Origin: the human T2T-CHM13v2.0 reference genome, Homo sapiens
Assembly: GCF_009914755.1 (NCBI RefSeq)
Contig: NC_060932.1
Strand: one strand, 5' to 3'
Length of the DNA stretch: 64,000 nt
Positions 17,139 through 30,544 of the stretch are shown piece by piece. The translations under genes and the position numbers were made by a program. Under the pieces are notes generated by a model. The model saw only the letters and a program-made list of their open reading frames with translations, was not told the DNA's origin and did no database searches. Numbering within the stretch: position 1 is the stretch's first letter; each line of letters opens with the position of its first letter.

Positions 17139-17249
17139 ACTGGGTGCTATGGAAATTTTGTAGAGGACTGAAGCATCTTATTCCCGCCTCCTGGGTGAAC
17201 TTGGGAGTGAAATAAATCAGAAGCAAAAATCCAAAATGTGTAGCCATGG
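17139..17249 (-). pseudogene. Exon-like segment A: MATHFGFLLLIYFTPKFTQEAGIRCFSPLQNFHSTQ (signal-peptide-like)
   Basis: GCCATGG Kozak context with ATG at 17247, open frame, hydrophobic core, phase-1 donor T|GTAAGG. Confidence 0.5.
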
Positions 17250-17878
17250 CTGAGTTGTTGAAACATCAGAACATTTTCATAATACTTGAAGAAATTTTTT
17301 TCTCACCAATGTTCATGCATTTCAAAGACAAAAATCTACATTCTTCATCAACATTCCAAAAATACTACCCATTGTCTACAAATTGGCTATTTGTATTTTT
17401 TTTTTCACTTAACAGAAAGACCTTTTCAATAACTAACTAGACTGTCCACACCCCCCGCCCTCCATTGGATGTAATAAATCTTAAATTATCTGTCTAGGAA
17501 ACATCATACTTGGAAAGTAATTTGGACGAACTCTCCACTTCATTTTGGATAAGTAGTAATCTAACCTCTCCTTGAACATAACCAGGACTCTGAACTTACT
17601 TCAGGACATTATATTTTCAGAAAACAGTAATTATTTGAAAATCTCTGCTATGTTGCATTCCGTCCAAATCTACCTCCCTGCATCTTATACCTATAATAGT
17701 AATAAAGGAACACCTAATGAAAATAATCCAGATTGATTTAATCTGGAAAATCACAAGGCACCATAATAAAGATGTCCTTTCCAGTGGAAACAATAGCAGG
17801 TAACTCATTTGTACTAACAAGCCACTTGACTGAGTAGCAATCTAGACGAGTGAGTAGTTGATTTCATCCACATAACTT

Positions 17879-18184
17879 ATTTTTTTTTCTCCCCCCAAGA
17901 CAGAGTCTCACTGTGTCGCCCAGGCTGGAGTGCAGTGGCGTGATCTCGGCTCACTGCAACTTCTGCCTCCCAGGTTCAAGCAATTCTCCCTGCCTCAGCC
18001 TCCTGAGTAGCTGGGATTGCAGGCGCCCACCACCACGCCAGGCTAATTTTTGTATTTTTTAGTAGAGATGGGGTTTCACCATGTTGGCCAGGCTGGTCTT
18101 GAACTCCTGACCTCAGGTGATTCCCCCCACCCCTCGGCCCTCCCAAAGTTCTGGGATTACAGGCGTGAGCCACCACACCCAGCC
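17879..18184 (-). mobile_element. AluS-type SINE
   Basis: Antisense Alu dimer. Confidence 0.95.
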
Positions 18185-18289
18185 CATCCATATACATTTT
18201 TATATGGATAATTGCTAGATGCCGGTATGGAGGATACAAGACCAGTTTTGTGTTTCAATTGCTTTTGGATGTATACAGAGGAATGTAGC

Positions 18290-18530
18290 AAATATTTGCT
18301 GAGTTTCTATTATGAAATAGGCACCATACAAGGCACTTTATAGAGACACTCTCCTTTAATTCTTACTGATAATCCTTACTATGTGTTATTACTTCCCATT
18401 TTATGGATGAAGAAATTAAGGTTCAAAGAGGTTAAATAACATGTCAGAAGCTACGGAGTTTGTAAGTAAAAACTCAGGGTTTTGAACGCATCTTTTAAGC
18501 TTCAAAGCAGATCTTACCCAGTGCATCAGT
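18290..18530 (-). mobile_element. MIR
   Basis: cccattttatggatgaagaaattaaggttcaaagaggttaaataac. Confidence 0.75.
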
Positions 18531-18583
18531 GTGCCTTGATTAACCAAAAGCAGAACCTAAGCTGTCCTTTCCTGATTCCTTAC

Positions 18584-18691
18584 CCTGGTTGCTATGAAAG
18601 TTTTGTACAGGACTGAAGCACCCATTCCTGCCTTCTGGGTGAACCCAGAGTGAAGTACATCAAAATTGAAATCCAAAATGTTTAGCCATAG
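18584..18691 (-). pseudogene. Exon-like segment B: frameshifted paralog of segment A
   Basis: Aligns to 17139-17249; acceptor-like ccatttctcatcag; ATG at 18689; donor G|GTAAGG; three 1-bp deletions relative to A. Confidence 0.5.
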
Positions 18692-19189
18692 CTGATGAGA
18701 AATGGGTAGATTTATTAATAGTTTCCCCATTCCTCCTTCCCCACCCACCTAATACTCCTTCCAGCACCCTCTTGGGGTCCATAACAGCCCCAGGCCCCCC
18801 AAACACCACCTGTCCTGGGTTTGCCTTTCCCAGATTTTGCTCCTGCTTCAGGATGAGCCCTCATCTTAGCCTCCTTCCTGCTTGTCTCACTTTCCCAAGG
18901 CCTGGTTTGATCACCTCTGAAAATTTAATTCATTGCTTCAAAAACTGCTAGGACAGGTAGCATTGTAAAAGAGGAGTCCTGGAGAGGTCATTGTGATAGA
19001 GTGAGGGAACGTTTGGTGTGAAGAACAGTAGGACATTTCAGCCCCAAAATTTAATACCCAGTGATCTAATCTGACCACAATGGCACCCCAAACCAACATT
19101 CTTTTCCATAAAAACTTCCATTATTTCACCTCTTCTACCTGGGGGTGCTCATTTTCTTATAAGGGGAGCAGGCCCTGCATGGGATGCTG

Positions 19190-19310
19190 CCAGCATCTCG
19201 AGGGCACAATTCATGTCTTATTCTTCTTCATATTCCTGATGCCTAATGTAATTCCTAGCACATAGTAGGGGCTCAGTTGCTCTTTGTTAAGTGAATGAAA
19301 GAAGGAATGG
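19190..19310 (+). mobile_element. L2 3' end
   Basis: cctagcacatagtaggggctcag ... tgttaagtgaatgaa. Confidence 0.7.
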
Positions 19311-19769
19311 GCAGAAAAACATAGGATTGCATGGAAATGTCACTAGTTCCAGCTTAGTCAACTCAGCTAATTTATCTCTCTGGCCACTGTCCTAAGGAAG
19401 CAATGACATTAGCCATAACAAAAACATACATTGCCAGGTCTCCTTCGTAGAAAAACAGTCTGAATAAACAGAATAGGAGCTCTGATGATAAAGAGACCTC
19501 ATTCCAATGAGGGAGGCAATCCAACTCGATCTAAATGTTCAGGGAATCTGAACACTCAGAATTCAAGAAAAAGTATGTCTAGACTTCTAGGGTCATTAAA
19601 TCCTCAAAGTCATGTCCTTTATTCCTTACTTCATCCCAGCTTCTGAGTATTTTAGATCCAGTACTATACGACCTGAATGAATAGCTCTACAAACCCAGGA
19701 TACAAAGCAATTAATTACATCTGTTATTTTTCCAATTTTATCTCAGGCTTCCTCCTGCCATTATCTCAA

Positions 19770-20165
19770 CCTTGATAGAGAACCCCAGAAATCTGCAAAG
19801 GGTCCCCCTTGAGCATTTAGCCGAGTACTGATCAATGGATGTATATGGACAAACTACTCAAGACAAAGGAAAGAACCAGGCAAAAGGGTTAGAGAAAGCA
19901 TCTCTCACACAGGGCCAATAAGAGTGCCTGTTCCCATCACCCACATTGGAGAAATTCAAAACTCACTGGGCGTGACGTAGAGGACGGAAGAAGATCTTGC
20001 CTCAGTGGTAGGAAATAATTAGCCCTACACTAGCACTGCTCAGACCCACCTAACAATCTAAAAAGCAAGCTCTGAAAGGATCTACGCATTTCTAAGGATC
20101 TACAGTTTCTAACGCCTCCCAGAGCGAAACTCCAGGAGATTTACAGGAATACGAAAATATCCATT
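19770..20165 (+). mobile_element. L1M 5'-region fragment
   Basis: gaaccccagaaatctgcaaagggtcccccttgag ... aattagccctacact. Confidence 0.55.
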
Positions 20166-20179
20166 GTCGCTTTGCTTTG

Positions 20180-22380
20180 TATACTGGTTTTGAAAATCTG
20201 ACGCTAGCCTAATTCATTTGTCTGTGTAAGTGATTTCATCTTTTTACCTGGAGACAGGCCTTGAGAACTTTATTTTTTGAGAACTAATAGTTATACCAGG
20301 ATAAGTCTGAGAATTCATTGTTTCTGGATTAATTTTGCCAGATGACTTCTTTCAATGTGTGGGTTTACGTCTTTTTCTACTTTTGGAAAATTTTCTTAGA
20401 TTACAGTTTTAAATGTTAGTTCTGTTCCTTTGTTTTATTTTCCTCCTTCGGGGACTCAGATAACATGAATATTATTTGTTCTTTGCCTGTCTTCCATTTT
20501 TACTACTTTCTGAGACTTTTTACCTTTTTCTCTACTCATTTTCATTTCTTTGGTGTCTTCCTGTTTTCCTGCCCCTTCTTAAATGTTCATTTGGTCCATT
20601 CTCCCTTGTACATCTTGTAATTTATTCTTCATTTCTGAGACAATTTTGTCTTTTTCTACCATTTCTTTCCTGAGTTTAAGGAACTCTTTTTTTTCTCCCT
20701 GTTTTTTGTTCCATTTCTGCTCTTAATTTTTGAATTCCAGATCCTCAAATGCTTGCTTCACCTTCATGCACCAAATAATGGCATCTCAGTCAACAATGGA
20801 CCACATAGAGGACAGTGGTTCCATAAGATTTTAATGGAGCTGAAAAATTCCTATCACCTAGTGATGTCGTAGCCATTGCAATGTCATAGCACAATGCATT
20901 CCATGTTTGTGGCAATGTGGGTATAAACAAACTTACTGTGTTGCCAGTCATATAAAAGTCTTGCACATACAATTATGTGCAATAAATAATGCTCGATCAT
21001 GATACTAAATGACTGTTACTGGTTTATGTATTTACTGTACTGTACTTTCATCACGTTAAAGTGTACTCCTACTTATTTTTTTTTAAGTTAACTGTAAAAC
21101 AGCCTCAGGCAGGTCCTTCAGGAGGTATTCCATAAGAAGGCATTGTTATCACAGGAGATGACAGTTCCATGCATGTTTCTGTCCCTGAAGACCTCCCAGT
21201 GGGACAAGATGTGAAAGACAGTGATACTGATGATCCTGACTCTGTGTAGGCCTAGGCTCATGTGTGTGTTTGTGTCTTCATTTTTAAGAAAAAAGTTTTA
21301 AAAATAAAAATAGAAAAAAGCTTATAGAACAAGGATATAAAGACAGAAAATATTTTTGTACAGCTATGCAATATGTGTTTTAAGCTAAGTGTTATTACAA
21401 AAGAATCAAAAAGCTTTTAAAAATTAAACATTTATAAAGTAAAAAAAGTTATAGTAAGTTAAAGTTACTTTTGTGATTGAAGAAACATTGTTTCATAAAG
21501 TTAGCTTAGTCTAAAGGGGCAGTAATGTCCTAGGCCTTCACATTACTCACCACTCACTCACTGACCCACCCAAACAACATCCTGTCCTGCAAACTCCATT
21601 CATAGGGAGTGCCCCACACAGGTACCCCATTTTTATGCTGCATTCTTACTGTACCTTTTCTATATTTAGTTATGTTTAGATACAGAAATATTTCCCATTA
21701 TGTTCCAATTACCTACAGTATTGAGTCCAGTAACCTGCTGTACAGGTTTGTAGCCAAGGAGCAATAGGCTAGACCACACAGCCCAGGTGGGTAGTAAGTA
21801 TACCATCTGGACTTGCATAAATAAACTCTATGATGGTCACACAACACAATGACAAAATCGCCCAATGACGCATTTCTCAGAACTTATCCCCATCGTGAAG
21901 CGAAGCATGACTGTATATTTAATTCATTTTGGAACGTAGACCTACAATTTTCTTCTGCTTCATGGTTGTTTTTCAGGAAGGGACTTTTTCTCAGTTGATT
22001 TGCATGCAAATGCATTCCCTCATTTTCTGAACTATTTCTCTAAAAACTTTCCTTTTATTCATTTCTATGATACTGCAGTATTTTAGAAGATTTCTCATTT
22101 AATTTCTTTTCTGTCTGGAAAAGTCCAGGTACTTCAGTGGGGTTTCATCTGTTTGTTTGTTTTGGTGGCATGGGCAGGTTAGGAGGCTGCCAGTTTTTAG
22201 TTCTCTTTTGTCTTGTAGGACAATAAAATTCCTCTTTTTTCTTTTCCTCTTCACCACCCAAGTTCCAAAGCATGCTTCTTCCTTCCTTCTCTTTTGCCTT
22301 TTTCTCTCCCAGAAGCTTTTCTCCCCAAAAGACCATCCTTTTAAATCAGATTTTCCCATTTAAAGAACGTCTATCCCTTT
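20180..22380 (-). mobile_element. Decayed old L1/HAL1-like fragment split by a Tigger
   Basis: T-rich ORF1-like antisense sequence on both sides of the Tigger. Confidence 0.45.
20762..21915. mobile_element. Tigger3b-like non-autonomous DNA transposon
   Basis: About 1.15 kb; acagcctcaggcaggtccttcaggaggtattcc; 3' end ccccatcgtgaagcgaagcatgactg-TA. Confidence 0.85.
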
Positions 22381-22389
22381 AAACAGTAT

Positions 22390-22535
22390 GTCTAGTCCAA
22401 AGAAGAAATACAAATGGCCAACAAACATATGGAAAAATGTTCAACATCATTAATCATCAAGAAAATGCAAATTAAAACCACAATGAAATACCATCTTACC
22501 CTAGCCAGAATGGTTATTATTAAAAACTCAAAAAG
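22390..22535 (+). mobile_element. Short L1 ORF2 C-terminal fragment
   Basis: [29 protein letters not shown] matches L1 ORF2p. Confidence 0.85.
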
Positions 22536-22835
22536 CAAGAGGGCTGAATACGTCGGATCCCTTCTCTGCTGTCACGCTCTGAATATTTTCAGATTTCAGG
22601 TGGATTTCATCCTGCTGGGGGTCGCTCCACACTCAGGCCGCTTCACTGGCGTCCACTCTGCATGTTCCCCTGAGCTTGTTTCATCTGCCTTTGCCTGCTT
22701 CCAAACCCCACCATGTGAGGCAGGAGCATGTGGGACAATGGCTCTGGTGTTTGTTGACTTTTCTCTTTTTACTCACAGTTATTGTACAGTTTCTGCATTC
22801 GTTGACATTAATGTGGAGAGATGGTTGTCAGAATA

Positions 22836-23162
22836 TTTTCTTTTTCTTTTTCTTTTTTTTGTTTTTTGTTTTTTGTTTTTTGTTTTTTTTTATGGAGACT
22901 TGCTCTGTCACCCAGGCTGGAGTGCAGTGGTGCAATCTCTGCAACTTCTGCCTCCTGGGTCCAAGGAATTCTCCTGCCTCAGCCTCCTGGGTAGCTGGGA
23001 CTATAGGCGTACGCCACCATACCTGGCTAATTTTTGTATTTTCAGAGAAACGGGGTTTTGCCATGTTGGCCAAGCTGGTCTCGAACTTCTGGCCTCAAGC
23101 AATCTACCCACCTTGGCCTCCCAGAGTGCTGGGATTACAGGTGTGAGTCACCATGCCAGGCC
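22836..23162 (-). mobile_element. Alu SINE with T-rich tail
   Basis: Antisense Alu dimer. Confidence 0.93.
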
Positions 23163-23269
23163 AGTTGTAGCATTTTCACAGATGTAAAGTTATCTCATTT
23201 GGGAAGGGGACTAGGTGAATAATTTACTACACTCTACAATTTGTCTATAGCACCCTGAATCCCCACTTT

Positions 23270-23295
23270 TTTTTTGAGATGGAGTCTCACTCTGT
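23270..23295 (-). mobile_element. Severely 5'-truncated Alu
   Basis: ttttttgagatggagtctcactctgt between 17-bp TSDs ccctga(a/g)tccccacttt. Confidence 0.85.
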
Positions 23296-23319
23296 CCCTG
23301 AGTCCCCACTTTCAAAGGG

Positions 23320-23995
23320 CTCATTAAAGTATAATATCCATACAAAAAGTGTACATATCACAAGTGCAGATCCCAATTAATGTTCACAAACTGCACGCAC
23401 CTTTGTGTCCAGCCCAACGGCCAGGGAAAAGAGCTTTCTAGCACCATGGAACCCTCCTGTGTTCCCTCTCAGTTGCCACCCCTGCCCCTCACCAAGGGTA
23501 ACCACAGCATGGATTCATTGTGCCCTTGTTTGTACATTATAGAGATGATGTCATATGGCATGTACTTGTATGTGCCTAGCCTCTTTCATCATGTTGGTGA
23601 GATTCATCCATATTGTGCAGTTGGCCCATTCTCACTGCTAAACACTGTTATCCATTTGTGAATACACCACTATTTACCCCTTCTATGGTAATTGAAGTAG
23701 TTTCAAGTTTTTGGCTAATTTGAATAGTGTTGTGGTGAACGTTCTTGTACGTGCCCTTTGGTGAATATATGTACACATTTCTGGTGGCAATACACCTAGG
23801 ACTAGAGTTGTCTGTTCAGTATATAAAAATTCCTATTGCTGTACATCCTTGTCAAAATGTGGTATTGCCTATCTTTTTTATATGATCTGTTCTGGTGGTA
23901 TTTGGTGATATTTCATGGTGGTTGAGCATCTAGTCATCTTTTATTGGCCATTTGGTTCTGCCCTTTTGGGAAAATCTCTTTTGGCCATTTTTCCT
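23320..23995 (-). mobile_element. Old L1M 3' fragment
   Basis: Antisense L1M 3'UTR motifs (gagattcatccatattgt; ttggccatttgg). Confidence 0.7.
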
Positions 23996-24169
23996 TTCCT
24001 AGCACTTCATTTTAGAGCAAAAAGAACTATTTCCTGGTAACTTGTGATTTCACGCTGTTCACAAAACAAATTAGTCATAGAGCAAAAAAGTCAGACCTCG
24101 AACAACGGCACTAAATTCTCCAGGATTGTGCTACCATCAGGTTAGGGATTTGGCATTAATACTGCTATT

Positions 24170-25230
24170 ATTTGGTAATCATTTAAGGTTTTTGAGCCAG
24201 GTAATGATGGGGCCATTGGTGAATTACATAGGCTAATCTAAAGACGATGGGTGGGATGGGTTATAGAAAAGCGAACCTGTGGCTAGATAAACCAGACAAA
24301 TAATGTGCCCATGGTTCAAACAGAGAGAGAAACAATAAAATTGGAAAATAAGGGACAAATCAGAGATAAATTGGAAAGAAAAATTTAACAAAAACGAAAG
24401 AGTTCTCTGATCACTTTTAAGCCCATGAGAAGAGTAGTCATAACACAGACAGAATTAAGTAAATCAGAAGAATGAGCTATTTTGGAAAAGAAAAGCATGA
24501 GTTTGGTATGAAATCCAACAATTTTGACACACCAACAGGACATCCAGGATAAAGTATATGAGAGACAACTGAAAAACAGGGATTTTAGCTCAAGAGATGC
24601 AAGATAGAGATTTGTGAATCATCTGTTAAAAAAAAAGTGATATAGAAGTAAAGACAACATAGAGAAAGAAGAACATAAGATCAAGAAGAGAAACGACACT
24701 CCTATTTAACGGATGAGGAAAAGAAAAGAATTTAAGGAAGAAGTCGGAGGAGAGTAGACCTACATCAGTAGAAGGAGAACCAGAGGAGAATTAGAAGAGT
24801 CTTACATCATAAGCATCAGAGAAATAAGACTTAAAATAGGAGACAATCAACACAGAAGCCTCAGAGAAGCAAAGTAATATATGAGATCTGGGGGAGGAGA
24901 AAAGCCTTTTGGATATAGCATACATTGTCATTGGTGACAGTGGAGAGAATGGTTTTGGGTGAGTGCTAGAGAGGAAAGTCATAAGACATTCAGAAATGAG
25001 CTGATCATCAGACAATACAGTGAGCAATGTATTATTAGAACACTATCAATGGCTTCGATTGTGAATGGCAGAAAAGAATTAGGTCAGAAAGAAGAAAAGG
25101 CAGAGAGTCAAGTGAAAACTTTTTCCAAATAAAAGAGATCTGTACTTGGATTAGGCACACAGAAAGATGCCCCCAAAAGAGTGATTCATTGATAATTTTG
25201 GAAAGTAAAGGATCGTTGCAGACCTGAAGT
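24170..25230 (-). mobile_element. L2 fragment
   Basis: Purine-rich plus strand with L2-like motifs (atgagtttggtatg; gagatttgtgaatcatc). Confidence 0.55.
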
Positions 25231-25736
25231 GCAACAGGGAAAGAAGGTTTAAAAAAACTCCTCCTGGGGAGAATAGTAAGAAATGAATTCTTCTACAATA
25301 TAATCTAAAGATCCTGGATAAAATATAAAAGCCATTCTTTAAAAGTATAGGTGAATGTGCAAGAAAATAAAATTCTCAAATTCCAGATACAAAAAAGAGC
25401 TGAAAACCAAAAAGCCTTCAAGCTAACGTCACTTCCCAAGGCAGGGAAGGGGGATGGGCCTTGTTATTGATACCCTGGGGATTTGGTTTTTTGTCCACAT
25501 GGGGATTAGAATTCGGGCCTCTGTGTAAAGCTAGGATCCTTTAAAATCCACCCTTATAAAAAGGTGAAAAAAGGGGGGAAAAAACCAACCATCAGCCCAG
25601 GCAGACTTTAAAAAAAAAAAAGTTGTCTGTCTCAGGCCTAGCCTTGGGTAGAAAAAACAGTCTGCCCTAGGAGCTCATGTATCTGGGTCTGGGCTGCCAT
25701 GTAATGTACTAACTCTCAATCTAAGAAACCACCATA

Positions 25737-26070
<334 letters not shown>

Positions 26071-26433
26071 TTAATACCTTGGAATATGAATGCAAAGCAA
26101 CCCTGTATTGGCTATGCCCCAATACAAGCCACATAGAAGTCCCATGAATAAAGTGCCAAGGAAGATGAACTTGGAGCTCGATAACTGTAAATCACAAGTA
26201 ATAGTTTATAAGCATACCAGGAATCTGTCCACCCAAGGCACAATAAACTGCAGAGTTAATCTTCAGTAAATTCAGATAATTAAACAATTCAAGTTAAACC
26301 ATAAAATAATTATGTTTAAAATGATTAAGGACATAAAAGAAGATACGGAAAAAAAACTTCAGAGTAATACACTGTTTAAAAATTAAAATCAGGAAAGAAA
26401 AAGCTGAGAAGGAAGATACATTGGAAATAAGTG

Positions 26434-26875
<442 letters not shown>

Positions 26876-27890
26876 TCAATTGAATCTCAAAGAGACAAAA
26901 ACAGATGAAACTATCAGGAAGAGGTTAAGAAACAGAAAGGATAAAATGAAAAAGAGTTCTAGAAGGAGATCCAACCAAAGAAAAGAAGGGATTGGTCATT
27001 CATTCATTCATTCATTCGAGGGCCAAATGAATCTAGAAAGCTTGAATTTTAAATCACTCAAGTTGACACAACCGGTATACCAGCTCTTCCGTCTGATTAT
27101 TCCAATCCACATTCTTCTCTTCCTTTTCTAAAGTTCACTGGTAATTACAACCCATACCTCACAATGCACCTCCTGATTACACGCTGCCTCGTATACAGCA
27201 ATGTTTTCACACATGCTATTTATATCTCCCTAATTAAACTGCAAGAACCTAAAAGAAATCATGTCTTATATCTTACATTTCCTACAGTGCCTGGTATTAC
27301 TCAATCTAAACTAGAATTTAAAGAGATAAATAATAGAATTAAAGATAAAAGCCTTCATTTGAAGGCTTCAACCTGTAATCATTTACTTTAATAAAGGCAT
27401 ATTCATTTATCTTTTTTATAGACAAAACATATCCCATTCAAAAACATGCACATTCCACCAACATGTGCATGAGTTCAGCTTAAACTTTATCTTTAGCTTA
27501 AAATGCCTTTAAGTATTCTTTCTTTCAGTATGCACCCAGCAAGTTTGCATGCTGAGCATATTTTGTAAATCAAGCTATAAATAACTATAATAAATGTCAT
27601 ATGTAAATTGATCTATTTTCAAGGTTTCTGAGTACAACAGAAGATCTGAATAATTTTTTGAATAGCTGACAAATACTTTTTCTGTTTTTGCATTTGGATA
27701 TCTCCCAAACAACTGAGCAAATTTTCCTAAAACTTCATCTACAATTCTCTGTAGGATTAAGAATGGACATGAGAAAATTCATTTCTGAAACAGGTAATTA
27801 ATGAAGGTCAAAGGCAATGAAAATTAACAGCTCGATACATGATCCCTGCAATCACTCGGCTTTATTCTAGTGACACAATAAAGAATGCAT

Positions 27891-27963
27891 GATGGTAACA
27901 TTGAAAAGAATAACCAGTAGAAATATGCATATTTTCTACTGGTTTTTTTTCAATGTTACCATC
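27891..27963. repeat. Spacer-less imperfect palindrome (73 bp)
   Basis: gatggtaacattgaaaagaataaccagtagaaatatg followed directly by catattttctactggttttttttcaatgttaccatc. Confidence 0.95.
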
Positions 27964-27966
27964 TAT

Positions 27967-28135
27967 AATTCTTAATGGCACATCACTGCTGTCCATTTCA
28001 GCATAAAATTCATTTTTAGGACACAAGTTGAGAGTATCTTAAGCAATAATCTACACTTTCTTCATCACCTCTAAAATGACTTAATGAAAGCAAGTCAAAT
28101 CTTTAAAAAGGTGTCTGCACCATTAAAATAACTGG
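27967..28135 (+). repeat. Dispersed duplicated element, copy 1 (paralog at 46545-46711)
   Basis: Shared blocks gcaataatctacact, taaaatgacttaatgaa and accattaaa in the same order. Confidence 0.85.
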
Positions 28136-28323
28136 ATTCCTTCATCCCACTGCTATCTTCCCCATATCATGGAAAGATTCATTGCTGAGAAGACATAATA
28201 TAGTGGCCAAAAAGGAAATTGGTCTGAAGAAATTAATAAATCAGGAGACACAAGCCAGCAAACCCAGAGAGAAAAACCCAAAGTGGTTTCCTCTTATTCT
28301 CCTCTACCTTTCCCCAAAACACT

Positions 28324-28356
28324 ACACACACACACACACTCTCTCTCTCTCTCTCT
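28324..28356 (+). repeat. (CA)n(CT)n microsatellite
   Basis: Read directly. Confidence 0.9.
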
Positions 28357-29962
28357 TTAATCTTCAAACCAAGAGAGACTTCAAAGTCCAAGAAAGTCCA
28401 AGAGCAAAAATGACAAAGCAGCAGCAGCAGCTGTCTCAGCTGATTGGGACACAGGTTTAGGTACCATGCTCCTCATTAAAAAACCCGGCTAAGTCCCACA
28501 TTAATCTTCATAGTTAATTTCTTTTACTTAAAGGCATACATGTTTGTGGATAAGAATTTGACTAACAGTTGTTTGGCCAGAAGCTAAAATAAAATTTTAA
28601 ATTCTAAATGACATCGTGTAATATACATGATATTACACGAATGTGAAGCCAGCTATGCCAAGCCCCTCAGCCACCCCAGTACTCTGCTCTTGAGGTGGTC
28701 CAAGCTCACCTGTAGAAAAGGTAAACACAAATCGAGTAGTACATGTGAAATCCATTCGTTCCCTGGTCTGTGTTTACAGGTACCATGCTTGCAGCCACAC
28801 ATCAAGTAAGGATTTTTGGCCATGAAACTTTCCAAATGAAGTCTGCTAACTCCTGAATAACAGCCAACAGCTATCTCACCAACGTTTCCTTGGGGACCTC
28901 CAGGACTTAATTCCTTCAAAGAGTTCTGTCTTCTCCATCTGCACACCATTCTATTTGTAAATGTGAGACTTTGAACTCAAGAGAGGAGATCTAATTAGTA
29001 GAGAAAGCAGAGGGACGTTCAACAGGTCTATCTAGGGGATAGGGGCCTTTAGTACACAATAGGGAGAGAGAAGCCTCAGCACCACTTGTGAGACTCACAG
29101 AAAAGTGACAATTAAGTTCTCTGAGCTCCCTAAGAAAAAGAAGTCTATGCATGCATTCTCTTTTGCAAGCATTCTCCTTTGAATACTAATCCTAGAAATG
29201 TCACTCCAGAAGCCAGAAGAAATTATAAGATGTTTCCTAGTTCTGTCAATGCAAGAGACCCTGAGGGAATATCTTGTTTAGAGCTGTGCTGCAAGCATTC
29301 AGAGGGATAGAGCAGAGCTTCTTAGCAAAAATAAATAAATAAATAAATATGCCCCCATATGCAAACTATCTAATAAGCAATCACACTTCTCTGTTAAGCT
29401 AAGACCCTCCAAAGCACTCTAGGAAAAATTTGTCTTTTAGAGTAAATCATCCCTGGATTAAGTCTGGGTTTTCTTATAATTTTTTTAATTAAACAAATAT
29501 TGCATTCATAGTATCACAGTACGGATCATATACCAAACAGACTTCTCATCTGATTTCTTGCTATTTGCATAGCATTCCACTTTCAGTTTTTGAGATGGGA
29601 GAAGAGTCTCTGCATCTAAAGGTCACAGTCATTCTGTGGCACTTTGCCCATGGAAGCGCTCTGTCAATAGAATATCCTCAGATGTGCTGAATTGAATGAA
29701 GTATGCATGCTAAAATAGATAAACAAGCAAACAAAACCTGAGAGTCGGAAAGTACCAAAAGTCCAATCCTCTATTGAGGCCCAGAGAGAGGCCCCAACTC
29801 TCATGGGTACAGTCAGAGCCATTAGCAACTGGGGCCACAGGCCACAGCCTTTCTATGCTCCATACTTCTGACACTGGTAAGAGTAAAGGGCCGCAGGACA
29901 CATATGCTATACCAGTTGGGGGATTCAGAGTTACATGCCATTCAGCTTGGACCAGTATGATT

Positions 29963-30045
29963 TATTATGTTGGTACAAAAATGTTTGTGGTCTTTGTCAT
30001 TGCTTTTAATGGCAAAAACCGCAACCGCTTTTGCACCAACCATAT
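29963..30045. mobile_element. MADE1 MITE (more diverged copy)
   Basis: tattatgttggtacaaaa ... ttttgcaccaaccata. Confidence 0.88.
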
Positions 30046-30200
30046 TATACAAGATGTTGATGTGGTCTGGTGTAGTTCTCCTTCAGAGTCCACTATTATG
30101 CTCACCAATCCCAGTGCAAAGCCATTATTACCCTAGGTCACAGGAAAAGTCATATCTCTTGGGTTCACCTCTCCCTTGCAAGTCTATTAGGGGTGGGAGT

Positions 30201-30377
<177 letters not shown>

Positions 30378-30544
30378 TAAGTCACTTGACTTAGTAACTT
30401 CCAAAATTCTAACCAAAAGTTTTCTCCTGTTCTAAACTTCCCCTTCAATGAGAAAACATGGTTTGCGTCGACTCCTTTCAGCTACCAATGTTCAAAAAGC
30501 TCCTTCCCACTTTCTGAACCCACTGCTTCTTTAAAATGACACCA

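Noticed and set aside
17117-17253. The 135-nt duplicate as an H/ACA snoRNA pair
   Set aside because: I could not see conserved H and ACA boxes or a two-hairpin fold; the boundaries fit an exon better.
22414-23187. Longest ORF in the window (257 aa)
   Set aside because: Chance fusion of an L1 ORF2 fragment, low-complexity T-rich sequence and an antisense Alu; no gene context.
27967-28135. Duplicated element read as a coding exon on the minus strand (GDEESVDYC / GYEDSVDYC)
   Set aside because: Indels between the copies do not preserve frame, stops occur, and splice sites are not shared.
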